Below, in pieces: positions 45,499 through 60,091 of a stretch of 64,000 bases of DNA. The translations under genes were made by a program, and so were the position numbers. Numbering within the stretch: the stretch's first letter is position 1; each line of letters begins with the position of its first letter. Source of the stretch: Balanoglossus misakiensis (taxonomy: Eukaryota > Animalia > Hemichordata); contig CM082597.2 in assembly GCA_040954595.2 (NCBI GenBank), forward strand, positions 5,337,244 to 5,401,243, read 5' to 3'. The notes beneath the pieces were generated by a model that searched no databases, was not told the origin of the DNA, and was given only the letters and a program-made list of their open reading frames with translations.

Positions 45499-46808
45499 AT
45501 CCTGTACCTAAATGCATAAATATTTTACAATATAATCGCGCAAGTCTTTCACAAATTTAATTTCAATTAAGTAAGCTTTTATCTGAAATATTTCATTCTC
45601 CTGTTCGAGTTAAATATTGGTACATTTTGAAATACAAACACGACTTTAATTTTATTTTATTTTATATAAAAGTCTTGCTGGTGCTCACAATTATTATGCA
45701 ATTTCCTTCCAGTGTTTAACGTTTTCAAGAATGTGTTGTATAAACAATTTATCTGAAACGTCGGAAATTTGGTTGTGTGCATGTTCGTGCTCGTCAAAGG
45801 GGTGATTTATGCAAATTTAAGGAGGGAAATATAGGTTTTAAAACATATTTTAGTATCTAACAATCTAAACACCATGTTATCTGATTTCATGGAGAAAATA
45901 TAGTTCATAATAAATACGTGACCAACAACAGGGAGATTATGTAATGTGAAACGGATAATTCGGTATATTTCTAACGCAAATTACAATGTGTTATAGTTGA
46001 TACAATAACGGTGAATGGGAATACAGACTTTGTCAATATACTATTATGAAAAAATGCAATTTTGATTATGCATCTGATGTATGAGCAACATTATAAACTA
46101 AGTCATTGGTAATCTTATGTATGGCCTTATTTGTATAGTTTGATTTTTTTCAGTGTCTGTTTTTAATCATTTGTGTATGCTAATAAGCATCTTGATATTT
46201 ACATTGTATACGCGTATTCGAGTACAATTGGGGTAAATATATATTGTGGGGAGGGTAATATACTGTATATACACGTAATTTTGATGTCATATGGTATATA
46301 TGGTATGTATATGTTATTCATGTAGCGTTTGGTGTCGTTTGTATTAGTGTTGGTAAATCTTACAACGTATTGTGGTTAACGTTGACATTCGATGTTTTAC
46401 GAATTGCTATACATGTATACAAAATAAACATGTTTGTGACCAAATCGATGTGGTTGGGCTTATGTTATTGTTCTCATATCGTAACTATTCGAGTATTCCA
46501 GTTTGCTGATTGTAACACAGGGACTATACGAGTGGGTTGAGCACCCGTCGTGTAACAGTATCTGTGCATGAGGCATCTCTGACCCGATACAACTTCACTT
46601 TGGCTGGAATAATTGGGCGCCATCAATCACCACCAGCCATAATGTATTCACAGTCTCGGAGGGTCTGAACTGACAGATGTGGGTTGGTGTCCCATCGCAC
46701 CGAAACTTCAGACAAAGACATCACACATTATTGCAACCGGTCTTTGGCAGTGATCACCCATTTCTGACTCGATGCCGTGTAACCACTTGAGGTTACGCGC
46801 CTATTGCC

Positions 46809-49800
46809 ATGGAGACGGTTAAAATCATTGTTTTCACTGCAGGTAGGAGTTCTATTCTCGTTAATGATTTTCCCTCATATTATGCCCTTTAATTTCGCTG
46901 TGTGCAGTTACTATTCAAGGATGTATATAAAGAATGTCAATTTGCCTCTTGCTTTGTGCGTATGGTTGTAAAGTTCATGTCTGCGGTAGGGTATGCGTTC
47001 AATGAAATACTCTAAAGTGAATAATGACCAGAAACGTGCACTGTGGTGACAATATGTGTTACAGAGACATACTTCTGAACTGGGCGATAAAGTTCTTGTC
47101 AGAGTGTATCTTGTACAACTTGGATGACTGCTTGAAGCGAAAGACTGTCACAGTAAATCTCTATAGTTTTAAGAAAGAGTTTCAAAGAGGTTATCACATA
47201 TCTTTAAACGAGGGGAATTATTTACCATACAATCCTGAGTGTTTATGTACATGAAGTAACCTTTCGTACTTTACCGTTATTTCATTTATATGTCAGTGTT
47301 ACACCGACGTCACAATTCTTAATTGTCCCTGCGTGTGACGTGGCTCTCTAAACATTGGTGAATTTTGCGCGCGCGCGGAAACAAAGCAAACTAGTCTTAT
47401 TTGACGAAGAATATCGCGTGAGAATCGACAGTGCGTAATATTCTCACCAAATGACAATGGGAAAGAGTGGCAAATTCTGACCAAGTTGTGGTGAAAAGAG
47501 GACTTTGAAATTTACTACAAGGTCACGTAACATTCTAAACATTCTTCTCGTCTTACGGAAGTAAATTTTGATGGTATTTTACAAGATCATACATTGTAAA
47601 TAAAGTAAATAAAGTGAGTAGTTTCTCGACTGTGGAAAACATGATTTTAGATAGAGTTGCTTGTTCATTTTGGAATATTTCGCATAGTCTATACTATTTT
47701 GATGTGAGGTAACAGATTTCACAACCGTTTCTGTAGTACTCTTAATTATACGGACCAGGGAATTTCGTCGGTTTGTGGGTAGAGTCGATATTCTCCTACA
47801 TCCGACCTCCCTGTTTCAACGCTGGACCTCGTCTGACCTACTGACCCAAAATCGTCTTTTATGCTTCCCACGCCAAGTGACGTAAAACGAGGTAAATTAT
47901 CTAGGCCTAGTCAAAGGAAAATTACCCAAATAGGTTTTTCCTTTAGTCTAGGTCAAAAGTACTGACGGCGAATAGTAAAACGTGTAGTAACTATGAGTTT
48001 GGAAGTTGTGCAGTTGATACCATCAAAACAATGCTGCCGCCGTTCTCTTCCATCATTTCATCCTCTCCCCCTCTTTTCCCTCCCTCTTTCCAGTTACTTT
48101 GATTTTTACGGTAACATTTTTGTCTGACACTCGAGAAGTAGATCAGCGATGTTTACATATTAGTTCACGGCGTCCACCGATGACAAACGGCTGCTAACAG
48201 GTGCCGGGGAACGTGAAGTGCAAGCGCGGTGTCAAAAACAGATAAATTGTGGGTGCCAAATGACAACCGTAACTCAACGCGAACTCTGAAAGAAATATGT
48301 GACAGTCTTCGTTGTTTTTCTCATTTGGAGTGCGTGGACTAAGTCCACATGCGCCAGGATGATCGCGAGCGCCCACACGCGACCTACAGTAATGTCGAAC
48401 GTATGTTGATGTGCGAGTTAGCTAAGTACGTTGTTCACTCCTCCCCCTCCCCTCACTGCACCTACACGCCCACTCAACCACTCGCCAAACCAATCCATCC
48501 ACCCACCAGCCCGCCCAACCAATCAATCAACCACAAAACACGTTTTATCCATATGCGGGCCTATATGAACATCTAGTAAAAGTAGATGTGTTGGATGAAA
48601 ACGTTAGAACTAATGAAAGGTGGATTTTGCATAAATCTTGTATGTGATTCATCTTCCCACCAGTTTCTGTGGAATACTTTATTATCGCTGGAATAGTATC
48701 TTAGATGTCCATAATGATGCAATAATGCGACACGTCATTTTAGCGAACTGCGTGTAGCAATGGTGGTGCAATGTTTCCTATACCATCGTTATGTCTTCAC
48801 TTTAGTTTATGCGGTGATGACAGATTACGCATGCTGTTACAGTGACACCATTATTTATTCTGTCAGCATATTCTGATACCGGCAATTGCTGACTGCATCG
48901 TGGTCATTCGGTATCCGTACATGTAGGTCACTGAGAACGGACGCAGTCAATTTCCCCGTGTCTGCACCAGCTGGTATGCGCGTCGCACATGTTTATCATT
49001 AGGTATCATGGTAACCATGTATTCGTGTTTAGACTCCTCTGATACCAGAAAATAAAAGAAGTACAGAAAACGTGTAAAATAGCTCATTTTCAAAAAAGAA
49101 AATACTTTTCAGCATACTGCATAGCCCTTGAAACCTAAAGCACATGTCGTTAAATTCTGAACGTTTGCTTTGCGATATAATACTGTCGTAGGTCCAAACA
49201 TAAATGGAGTTGCAATGTTTTCGATTGAGTGTTGGTTTCAAAACATGTTTATATATATGTATATATTACGGATAACCTTTGTGTTATTTTATGTTGTTAC
49301 GTAGGAGAAGTTTGCTGTTGTTTTGTGACCAGGTGTGTTTTCGCTTACTTTCGTAATTTGAATATTTGCGTGACCAGGTGTGGTGCATTCATTATTTCCC
49401 CCATATAAAAAGCCCGCACGTTGTGTTGCGGCGTAGCTACTAATTTGGACTTGCCTGTGTGAGCTGTTCTGTTCCTCGCCGGCTTGGAAGCTGTGCTGTA
49501 TTTCATGCTGCCCTGGTCTGGAAACCGCGCCCAGAAACTGTGCTTTATTTCATGCTGCACTGGTCTGGAAACCGCGCCCAGAAGCCGTGCTTACCTCATG
49601 GGGAATTCGTCTGAAAGTCGTGCCGTCTACCGGGGAATTGTGCCAGCACGCTACTCGGACTGAACGTCGTTGTTGGGACTGAGCGTCGCTGTTGGGACTG
49701 CCGTGGTGCTGGTCGCGTTCGTCGTGCGCTACAGAACTTTGGACATTAGTGTTTCATTTCCCACACCTTGTCACATTTAAAGTAGTCATTTAATTTTGAG

Positions 49801-52184
49801 TGTTTTCTTCCCAGTGTAAAATTGCTTTATATTTATTAATGTTTAGTTGTAATAATTAAAAGTTTCCATAAGCAATGAAATAACGTGTGGTGTGCCTATT
49901 GTTGACCGTCTTTGTTGCGTGCTGCGCTGGTTGGTTCACCAAAGCGAGCCATTCAGTAAGTCTATTTGCTCACTGCCCTGTTTCGGAACTGAACGGCCAG
50001 CGTGTCGTAACAATGTATTCACACCAGGTCCGGCACCATCTGTAAAATATTTCATTTTCTAATCATTATTCTATTATTTTGTCTTTTCTGTTCAGTCATG
50101 GTGTTCGCAACAACACCGATATTGCTCTCGGTGGCGGCATTTCTTCCCTGTCGCAAAGGCTGGATTGGATACAAGAATAAATGCTATCTCTTTCAACACG
50201 ATGACCTGGTCACATGGAAAGAAGCCCGCACCCGATGCAAGAGAACTCCGGGGGCAGATTTAGTGGTTTACGACTGCGTGGATGTCAGAAAGTAAGCGCA
50301 TTTCCACACTCGCTCCATTTCCGTTCCTCGACAATCAAAAAGTACAGCTGTAGCCGTTCAGAGAGTTTTACGACGATGGTCAGTTAAATAGATAGTTTGG
50401 CTCATCTGGCAGAGATGCATATGTCTGTCAACTGAAAAACTTACAAATAAGTGGATTTCTGGAGAGAAAAACCACAAATAATCTTAATAATTCCCTTTTA
50501 GTGCATGCCATGTTTTTGATGGAAAATTACCTATCAGTGGCGATCAATTATTGTGGAAGACTAGATAGAAACTGTTACGATGTCCATGATGTAATAATTA
50601 GGCCGGTGACACGCTTTTATCATTTAGTCGTAATTGTAGTAGAGCACGTTCTACATAAATGCATAGCCATTCGGAAATGTGTTGTCCATATCAAGTATAT
50701 AACCCCAATTTGGTTAATAGTACATCACGATTTCTTTCGCCATGTTTTTTTTTTTTTTTGCTCAATGATACCACAGGGAGCCAAGATTGGGTGGTGAGGG
50801 TGGGGGGGGGTGTGTAGGGCACGCTGTCCAGCATTTGCCCCCGGTCATTAATGCACAATCTTTATTGTTTTAGTTTTGTCACCAGTAATCTCAACGACGA
50901 CAGTCATCTCTGGATCGGCATATACGTGAAAGTGGACGATTATGACTCGTTGATATATTACTGGGTTGATGACGTAGAGGTGAAACAATTCAACTGGGAA
51001 CTGGGTCAACCAGATAATTTATGGGGTAAGTTATCCTCAGACGAGTTGGCGGAGACATCTCTTTGCAAAAAGGTGATAAATCAGTGAAATTCGGGCCCCA
51101 GTTGGTGTAATAAATTAACATGAATTTAGGCTATGCTGACTAGAACACAGTAAGCTACTAAGGGGCACTGAATTCCCTAACACACCCACTGCAAATCTCG
51201 CAGACACGCAATGATCCCTGTATATATCCGAAGTGCGGTAATTCTCAGGTGGTGAATGTAGGTTGGGGTGGGCCATTTTGCATAACAATGTGTGTAGCTG
51301 GTGATATGCATGTGTTGTGTGGGGAGTTTCTAGATTTAATTGTTGCGTAACAATGCTTTGTGTCTGTGTCGACAAGAGGACACAAGTTCGTTTCTTTTAT
51401 TGAGTGTGGAAATTTCCGGGTTGCGAATGATAATAAATTTCTCTGTTAAGCAGAGGTTGCACTGTTTGGTTGCGCTGTTGTATGGCTTGGCTTTGGCTAA
51501 AATTTTCCATGAAATAGTGTGGGCGATGTCGTTGTCCTTCAGAGTCCAAATATGTTTGCTGAGTTCGGTGGAGTTCCTGGAGCGTACGAGTCGGAAAGAT
51601 GAAGTGTGGTTTCTGAATCTTGTTTTGAAGTCGTTCTCGGTTAGTCCGACATATGTATCCGAGGTGTTGTTGTCTGTGCGCGTAACTGTGGCCTGGTAGA
51701 TGACGGAGTTTTGGAGGCAGTTACCGTCGAGCGGGCATTTGTCCTTTTGTCGGCAGTTGCAAGTCTTGGCGTAGTCGGTCTCGTCTGTGTTGTTGTTGTG
51801 CGATTTCAAGATGCGTTTGTTGTGGTTGTCGATGATCTGCTTCGTGTTGTTCATACAGCTGTAGCTAATTTTCACCGTGTTCCTGTTGAATATTTTCTTG
51901 ATCTAGTATGTATGAAAAGAAAACATATCGGTTTTTAATGTTTCAGATTTCGAATTGTGTGTTGACGTTCACGGAGCCTCAACAAAACTTTCCATGCGAG
52001 GTGTTTGGCGAGATGAGACATGTACTGCAAAGCGAGGTTACATATGTCAGTATACTCGGGTATTAGGTAGGTACAACCACTACGCTATGGTACAACATTC
52101 AAATTTCCTCTCGGTGCACACATGCGTGATCTTAGCTTTTAAATATTGGTTGAATTCTTGCTTTCAGATATTGTAGACGATTGA
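46809..52184 (+). CDS. Secreted single-domain C-type lectin (~172 aa) with a QPD (galactose-type) motif
   Basis: Exons 46809-46842 (METVKIIVFTA), 50096-50291 (signal peptide end; CRKGWIGYKNKCYLF...TWKEARTRC...ADL), 50874-51025 (LWIG...FNWELGQPDN), 51947-52066 (ELCV...WRDETC...GYICQ), 52168-52184 (stop). AATAAA at 52415. Exon 1 is the least certain. Confidence 0.85.
49295..50012 (+). mobile_element. Solo LTR (718 bp) in lectin intron 1; the 4-bp target duplication fits a Gypsy-type element
   Basis: TGTTACG...CGTAACA inverted termini; identical ATGT flanks at 49291-49294 and 50013-50016; internal TATA-like ATATAAAA at ~49403-49410. Confidence 0.85.
51336..51900 (-). mobile_element. 5'-truncated Penelope-like retroelement (end of RT region plus GIY-YIG endonuclease) in lectin intron 3
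   Basis: ORF 51336-51875: KISYSCMNN...CNCRQKDKCPLDGNC...VIYQATV...YVGLTENDFKTRFRNH...STELSKHIW...CNLCLTEK...LNKRNELVSSCRH, typical of Penelope-like elements. The 3' tail probably extends toward ~51040. Confidence 0.88.
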
Positions 52185-54439
52185 TGATGAAGACTATACA
52201 TTTCTTTTGACGACGAAGAGTAACCAGAATGGTGTTAATTATTGGATTCAGTAAACTCCTATAGATTTTTGCCAATCAAACATATCACAACATTTTAAAT
52301 GTTAATCAGTAAACCCACCATTTTAAATATAACACGTTCCTTTTCTCTGGACTGTTTCTATACTTTAACGATGTGTCGATTTTTCTGGGTTCGTAACCAT
52401 AAACTTTTATAAAGAATAAAACAAACTTTCTTTAGATTAATGGGTCTGTCATTATTTTGTATTCTAAAGAAAAAAACAATATTCTGTTCACTCGCTTGGT
52501 CAGTATTCTCTTTTAAGTCTTAGACTTCTATATTCTTTTTTGAAGCAACAGGTCAGCTGCAGTAACTTTGCAGGTTTGCAAAATGTGTTCTCGGTGTCAG
52601 CTATATATACACCAGTGTACCCTGTCCATTTTACCGAGTGCGTCTATCAAATACCACTTGCGTGGTCATAGTTTAATCCAAGTAGAAGGATGGGTAATTG
52701 TTTACATTTTATTTAACATCCACGACAGCTGCATGTTACACTCCGACCATGAGTACAAGTTCATGTGTGATGTGTATGGATACCAGAGATACCAGGTTCA
52801 TGACTAATTGCCGTTGGATTTTAATGAGGTCGTACTTCTCCTGATGAACATACAAGTGTTTTGACCCATCCATTGCACTTTAAAGGAGATCACATCAACC
52901 CACACTTAATTGAATGTTACTCGATAAAGCCGAGATCTTGTATACCGATAATGGATCAATCAGCTAATTCCAAAGAAGCAACCCGAAAATTCCACATACA
53001 GCTGAGATATGTCAAGAAGTAAGAATGTGACACAGTGACCATGATCACATAGTTGTATTATCTGATTATTGGGAAACATTTTGTGTGGAGTATATCTAGT
53101 CGAGATATGTACGTGGCTGTTTGTACAGGAAATGGTGACCAGTTTCTGCCAAAGTCTTCGTCCACTGTTATCAAATTGTCATTCCACCACCGTTTACATG
53201 TATCATATATGTATTGGTTTAATGTACATTGTCTGTTCAGAATATGAGAGAATGATCACCGTTTCTTCAAAAAACCTTTCTCTTAGCGCCCACATAAAGA
53301 GGTCCATACGTTTAAACTAAAACCCACTTTAACCCCCACAATTTGGACACCATATCTCATAAAGAATCTGACGTCACACAGCGGACTTGCTTTCATTGCT
53401 ATTTTATTCTATGATACACACACATCAAATGCCATGTACAGAATCTTCACACGTGTTAGCCAATCATTACAAGTTATAATACAAGTCAAATTTAAACAAT
53501 TCGTAACTGTTGCACCTCACTGTGTTGTTTATCATGAATTGCATTCTGGGAGATTAGCAGGTATTGGTATATAATACATCCGAGATAAACTCTAAAAATT
53601 AATTTAATTTTGTTGAGGCAAATCACAGTAAGGTTTTGAATTGCATGTCATAAGACAGAATCCTGAAAATAAGGAAAATGAATTTCATCGAGAAAGCATA
53701 AACATAAAATGTGACTGGGTAAATTAACAATAAATGACAACACATTTGGAAAGGGGTTGTTTGAGAGAATGGAGCTGAAATTTATGTGATTTTAAATCTG
53801 CGAAGGCGAATTGATCTTTTTCCAGATCAAGTCTTATAAGCTAATCAGGTAACTATTTGTCAAAGCGTATGAAATATTGTATTCCAGATACAATTTTCTG
53901 ATTCCACTGCCGCCGACTTGCCTTTGCTCTTGGATATGGTGAGGTTAAAAATAACTGTTTCTGGTTTGGGGGTAAAAGCCAAGGCTACAAACACTCTTGT
54001 TTGTCTTGGGCGAAATTTCAATTGATCAGCCCCGCCAGCAGGGGTGAACGAATGCCAAAGTGGTTTGACATGAAATGCAACATTTACAAAGTATTAATTC
54101 AATGAATATACACCAGGACATTGTTTGTTAGAAGGCACATGGTGGCCAAGGTATTAGAGTCGTGATTATATCACATCATCTATACATCTATGTATTAGCA
54201 CTTCAAATGTAACTTCAGAATATACAAGAAATACGAACGAGAATAAACCTTGCAATGAAATTTACACATTATTGGGCTTTTACATCTAAGCATATATATT
54301 GACGCTGCAATTAGATGATACGGGTATTTTTATACAGTAAAATCACTCCTATATAATCACATGTAAATATATGTAGTGGTTTCAAAACCGCTCACTGGAT
54401 CACAAACAATGGTCATAAAGACACATCTGCTAAATAGTG

Positions 54440-57400
54440 TTACAGTTTCTTTAATGGCGGTAGTCGCCTTGGTAACGGGTTTATCGGAATATTTGAGAGC
54501 GGGGTTTGACTGAGAGGACAACCCGCCTGATGGCCTTGAATCGGTAGGTGTATTCGCAGTTGCCCGGTGTCGTACGCGGAGTGATCGCACCGACAGACCG
54601 GATCACCGCTTCCTTCTGGACTTTGACCTTTTGACCCTTCAGAAGAAGGTCCGGCGTTCATGGCGTCGGTCACGTCGTTCCCGCTGATGTGCCACGGACC
54701 AGGATGTCGAGACGTGGCTGCCTTCTGGCCTTTCTTACCAACGTGGCCGTTCGGAGTTTCGCCTGTCTCTTTCTGCAGGTCATCAGTCAAGGTATGTACG
54801 ATCTTCGGTGTCACTTTCAACTGCGGCAAGTGGACTAACATACCACCACCAGAGTCCATGACATCACTCTTCTTGGTAACTTTGTCGTATTTATTATTCA
54901 TTAATCCGGTGTAAGGCCTGAATGAAATTAATACGGACATATAATATAATATAAGATCATTTATAGTATTTGCAGAAAATTATTCTATTTTGTGATTTCG
55001 GTATCTCGCCAGTTTGTTGAAAGCCTGAACGAAATTAATGTAAAACATTGGTGTTTACTTGTATATAGCAAAAGGGGTCCGATCACCTTATATTGTCAGC
55101 GGTAATAAGTGCCAATAAAGAGGGGCGTATGTCAGTGTTTTAAAATCGGGTGAATTTTACTAAATATTTGGGGAAATTACCTGCTAGCCTGTTTCTTATT
55201 ACCGTCGTCGTCAAAATTGTCTACAAAGTCGCCCAGGACATCCACTCTACACTCCAGTGCTTCGACGATAGATCCAATAGACCACGAGTCGTTTTCCTTA
55301 TTCTCATCTTCGATCAATGTTGTGTGGAATCTGTAGAAATGGTGTTTCTTGTGGCCCCTCCTCTTGTGTCTCGGAGACTTCAGCAGTTGCGTCGTCTTCG
55401 GTTTCTTGCGTTTCCGGGGAATACTCCTTCCGGTGTCTGCATCCGGGACAATGATTCGCGGTGTCTTCACAGAGTCACTTGTTAGGTTGTCAGCCCCTGG
55501 TTTGTCGTCGTCGTTATCATCATCACCATCATCTACGCAAATGTAATAAAATAATGGAAATATATAAATAAAAGTAATTCAAAATAATGAAATATGCCAA
55601 AATGTCAAAAGATCGACAGGAGGTTGGACAAATATTGATAGATGCGTTGGTGGTTGGTTAGTTGGCTGATTGCTGAATGGTGGGTGGGTTGGTGACTGTG
55701 TCGGTGGGTGGATGGATGGCTGGCTGCCTGGCAGATAGACAGTTAGATAACCATGAACAATATCCCTATATACCTGGGGGAGGCAAGTCCTCCAATTCTT
55801 TACTTGCACTAGAGTTGTCCACACCAATGATTTCCATGATGTTGTCCCAGATGAAGTCAACTATCTCGTAATCTTCACAGTATCGAGCCTTGTCCTCCTG
55901 CACCCGCGTATAGGCCATCATGACGGCGGTGATGAACATGTTGAGAAGGATGATCATGCTGGTCATGATGAAGGAGAAGAAGATGATTGGCGCCAGCACG
56001 GGCTGCGCCTGCGCCATCTCCTCGTAGTCGAACGCGCCGAGGAGCGTGGAGAGCAGCGTCTCCACCGTCCGCAGGATGGTGCTGTAGGTCAGCAAGGTGC
56101 TGCTGAACACCATGTACGTCATCTGACCGAAGGCCAGGAAGACGACGAAGAAGACGATGCAGAAGTTGACCAGGTCCCTCCGGGCGGCGGAGATGGTGCC
56201 CACCATGAGGGCGATGTGGCGGTTCAGCCTCATCAGTTTCATCAGCTTCAGAATGGAGGCGAAGACGAGGGCAGCCAGGATGTAGTTGTAGATCTCCTCA
56301 TAGATGGCCGCTCCTTGTAAGTTCAGGAAAGCTCTCTTGCCTGCAATGACAATTCAGACAGCCGTGTCACTATAGGTTAACAGTTCAATACTTTCAAGAC
56401 TTTTTGACATGTTCATTCACAAATGATTCTTTCGAAGACATGCAGTCCCTCTCATTAGATGCAAGAACTGATTGATCACAATGGTATTAAGAGTGAATCA
56501 GTTGGATCATATATGCAGATGGCAGGAAGCAGTATCTGATTATCTGGTCATGTACAAACCTCCTGTCTCTTCAGTATGTAGGTTTCCAACAGCGATGTCT
56601 CTGGTTGGAATCTTGTAAATGAACATTGCAATGGCAGTCAATGCTAGGGCGATGATGGACAGCTGAAATTATAAATACAATACCTTTCAATTAGAAACCA
56701 AACAACAGAAAATAAGGTACTATGACGGAATGGAAGTCATCATAAACGTTTACAACTGAAGTTAACGTACAAAAGTACTCGTGTGAATTCTGGTCATCTG
56801 TTGATGTTTGGATGATTTTCCATAGCTTATTCACCATATGTATTGCTGGCAGTTACATCACAGGATCATTTTACCTCGTGTGTGTGCACATACATGTGTA
56901 CACATACATCTGTCAGAATGTCTCTCCGTCTGCTGGTCTGCCTACCTGTCTGTCTGTCTGACGGTCTTCATAGTCTCAAATACAAACTTGGCGTCCAATA
57001 CTACATATGTTACCCTACAAATTCATGCCAGAAAACTTCACAACTATAAACGGATAACCCACCTCTAAATAATTCCAGTAATCCTTGAAGTACTTTCTCT
57101 TCTCCTTCTTGATCTGGCGAACTTCTTCCACGATGAAGAATATGATGAAGCACACGAATATGACGTCGCAGGCTATAAGGAATTCCGGGAAGGTGCCGGT
57201 GAACGGGTACAGCCGTATGACTTGGATGGTCTTGTGGGCAACCCCGCCACCGACTGCTGGAAATTCAGCTATCAATGTTACCATACTGCAGACAGAAACC
57301 AACAATTTTGGTAGTTAGCCTCATTTATCATGAAAACAAAATTACATATCGTTAGGTGAGTCACTACCCCTGCAGGTCACTTGTTGCAAGAATCAACAAC

Positions 57401-60028
57401 GGGAACTTGAGTGTTTATAAGATATACATGTAGATGGTATAAGTCCAACGCCTTTATCAATGAGAGATCACTTCTTTCGGAAGAAGCTGCTTCTCGTTGG
57501 AACCTGTGTGAATGTGATGTCAGTATTTTTTTCCTTTAATAACACTGTTATTTTATTCTGGCGGTTCTTCAATTTGAAGACACAAATTATGTAGTTACAG
57601 GATGCGTTTACCTGAATAGATCGGTCTGAGCGTTGTAGACAGTAAACTCCAAAATGACTGCACGGGAACGAGTGTCCAACCAATGCGTCCTCTCAAGATA
57701 GTCCACCATGTCGTACGCCTTCTCAATCGTCGACCCGAACTCCGCTGTGTAGCCGCCACCGCCGTACCACGTGATGTGACCGTAGAGGGAGACCCCGTCA
57801 AGCTCATCGGCGGACGCGTACAGCCACGGCAGAGCGTAGGGGTTGTCGGGCTCCGTGAAGGACTGGTTGATAGGTGACCACGATTCCCCGTACTTTGTCC
57901 TGTCTTCGGTCGATGACATGTCGTAGTCTACCTCGCACTGTTTGACGTATTCCGACATGACCCCTGGTGCATTACACATTTCTGGAATGGATGTATGGAT
58001 GGATAGACAGAAGGGGAGAGAAACAAACACAAAGAAAGGCAGAATACAGAGACAAAGACAGAGAAACGGAGATATATATTAACGAAGTCAAACTAGGAAA
58101 TGGTTTTATTAACGTGACATCTTGAACTCCTGAACTGATGTGTGGAGAAAAGAGACCATGGATTTATAATGACTTTATTTGCATTTGAATAGTGAATTTA
58201 CCTTTTGACGATGAAGCCCCCTAGCTGGACGACTAAATGATCTGAACGTATCATGAACGTTTGTTTTTGTTGGCACCACTTATTAATTTACTTTTGAAGC
58301 ATATATAAATGCACTCTATTTCGAGTGTAACTCGAGTGCATTTCGAGTGTTTTAAAGTACTTTTCGTCGTACGAGGTCTCCTTCACTCCAATGTGTTCGA
58401 TAACAATGTAAAATCAAACCTGCCCACAGAGGCTAATCAAGGGACCTTAGTAAACCATTCTAGAAAGATCGATGGCCTTCACAGACAGGCCAATGAATGC
58501 ACATGTAAATTATACACATAGTATAGTCAACATGGAAGATTTTATCGGTTATGGTCTTTCTTCAGCACAGATAAGACCATTGTCAAATATAGTCATGGAA
58601 ACCTCTTTGTATTTACCTGGTTTTACACGCAGCTGTCTGAGTCGTGGCGGTCCAACACGATAGGCAATATGGTTGGCGATGTACCTTTTCTGCCTCCAGT
58701 GTAGCGCCTTGCCATTGTACAATTCTTCTGCATAGAGTGCCGGTATCGCCACTTCCCGGATGTACTCCAAGTACGTTCCGAAGCCAGTGTCAATCTACAT
58801 AAGTTGTACAAGACATATCTCATGTTAGAATGATAAACCTGTAGAACTGTCCTTTACTAGAATGGTCCATCTGATGGTAAACTCTATAGATCAAACTTAT
58901 ATTTTTTTTCAGCTTTGCCGCTATGACCCTGATATGGTCCAAGTGTCCACTTTCGAGTTGAGTATCCAATCAAATGAGCCCATAAATAGTTCATGGAATA
59001 GTTATATGGAAGAACATTCTCGTGTGACACACGACGAATAACACATATCTAATCTGTTATCTGTTAAACGACACAAAATATACAACTTTTGTTAAACTAA
59101 GCATATATCTAGTTTGTTAGTAGAGCGTTGCTACAGTTATTAACCAAGGTAAAAGGAAAATCATTAGTTGTTCGATATGAAAGAAATCAGCGAGAACCGA
59201 CGTATATACTCGCTTCTAAAAATCTACGGTATATAGCCATCTTACAATTCTATCGATCATGCCACATTGGCCTTTCTACCTCACTATACTATATTAGCAA
59301 AACTCTACTTAAGTTAGTGGGTATTGGGTTAGAATGTGTTCTTTATTATTGTTATGTTTACAAGCCAGTTAATTAATGTGAACGCTATTTCCGATGTAAT
59401 GACTTACTTCTTCCAAAGCGAAAGGACCGTCATCCTAAATATTCGAACACAAAAGTATAATGCGAAATGAAAATCAAACACAGAAACAAATACTTTACAG
59501 GTAAAATTATCGGAAATGCATTGAGAACTTGCAAATATGGAAACGATGTGCTTTGCATTTACAGAAAACCACAAGGTTGCCTTTGAACAACCATAATTTG
59601 CATACTTGTCCAGGTTAATGAATAATCCAGAAACTAATACCTTACCATATAAATATCGAAAATGCCTTGAACATAAAATGTGAAAAGCAAATCTAGACAT
59701 TTACAGTTGTCACTGAGAACTTGCAAATATCGACATGATAAAATAACTGCATAATTATCCAAGCTAGATGAATAATCCTCACCTTGCCAATGTAGGGCGT
59801 GTCGAAGAACAGATTGTCTAAATGCATGTGTTCATACCGTGACATCAGGTCACGTGCTCCATAGGCAATCAACAGCAGAATGGTCAGATAGAAACCATAG
59901 ACAAACATCTCTTTCAATACACCTTTCATTTTAACTTCTTTGAATCGCTTTCGTCTGGCTTTCTCCAAATCTTCAGGACTTACAGGATTTTCAAACTGTT
60001 GTGTGTCGTCAACTGTCACTATACCTGA

Positions 60029-60091
<63 letters not shown>

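Noticed and set aside
51030-51335. Hammerhead ribozyme in the Penelope 3' tail
   Set aside because: A CTGAGGA occurs on the minus strand near 51034-51040, but I could not find stem II or the GAAA core. An Infernal search would settle it.
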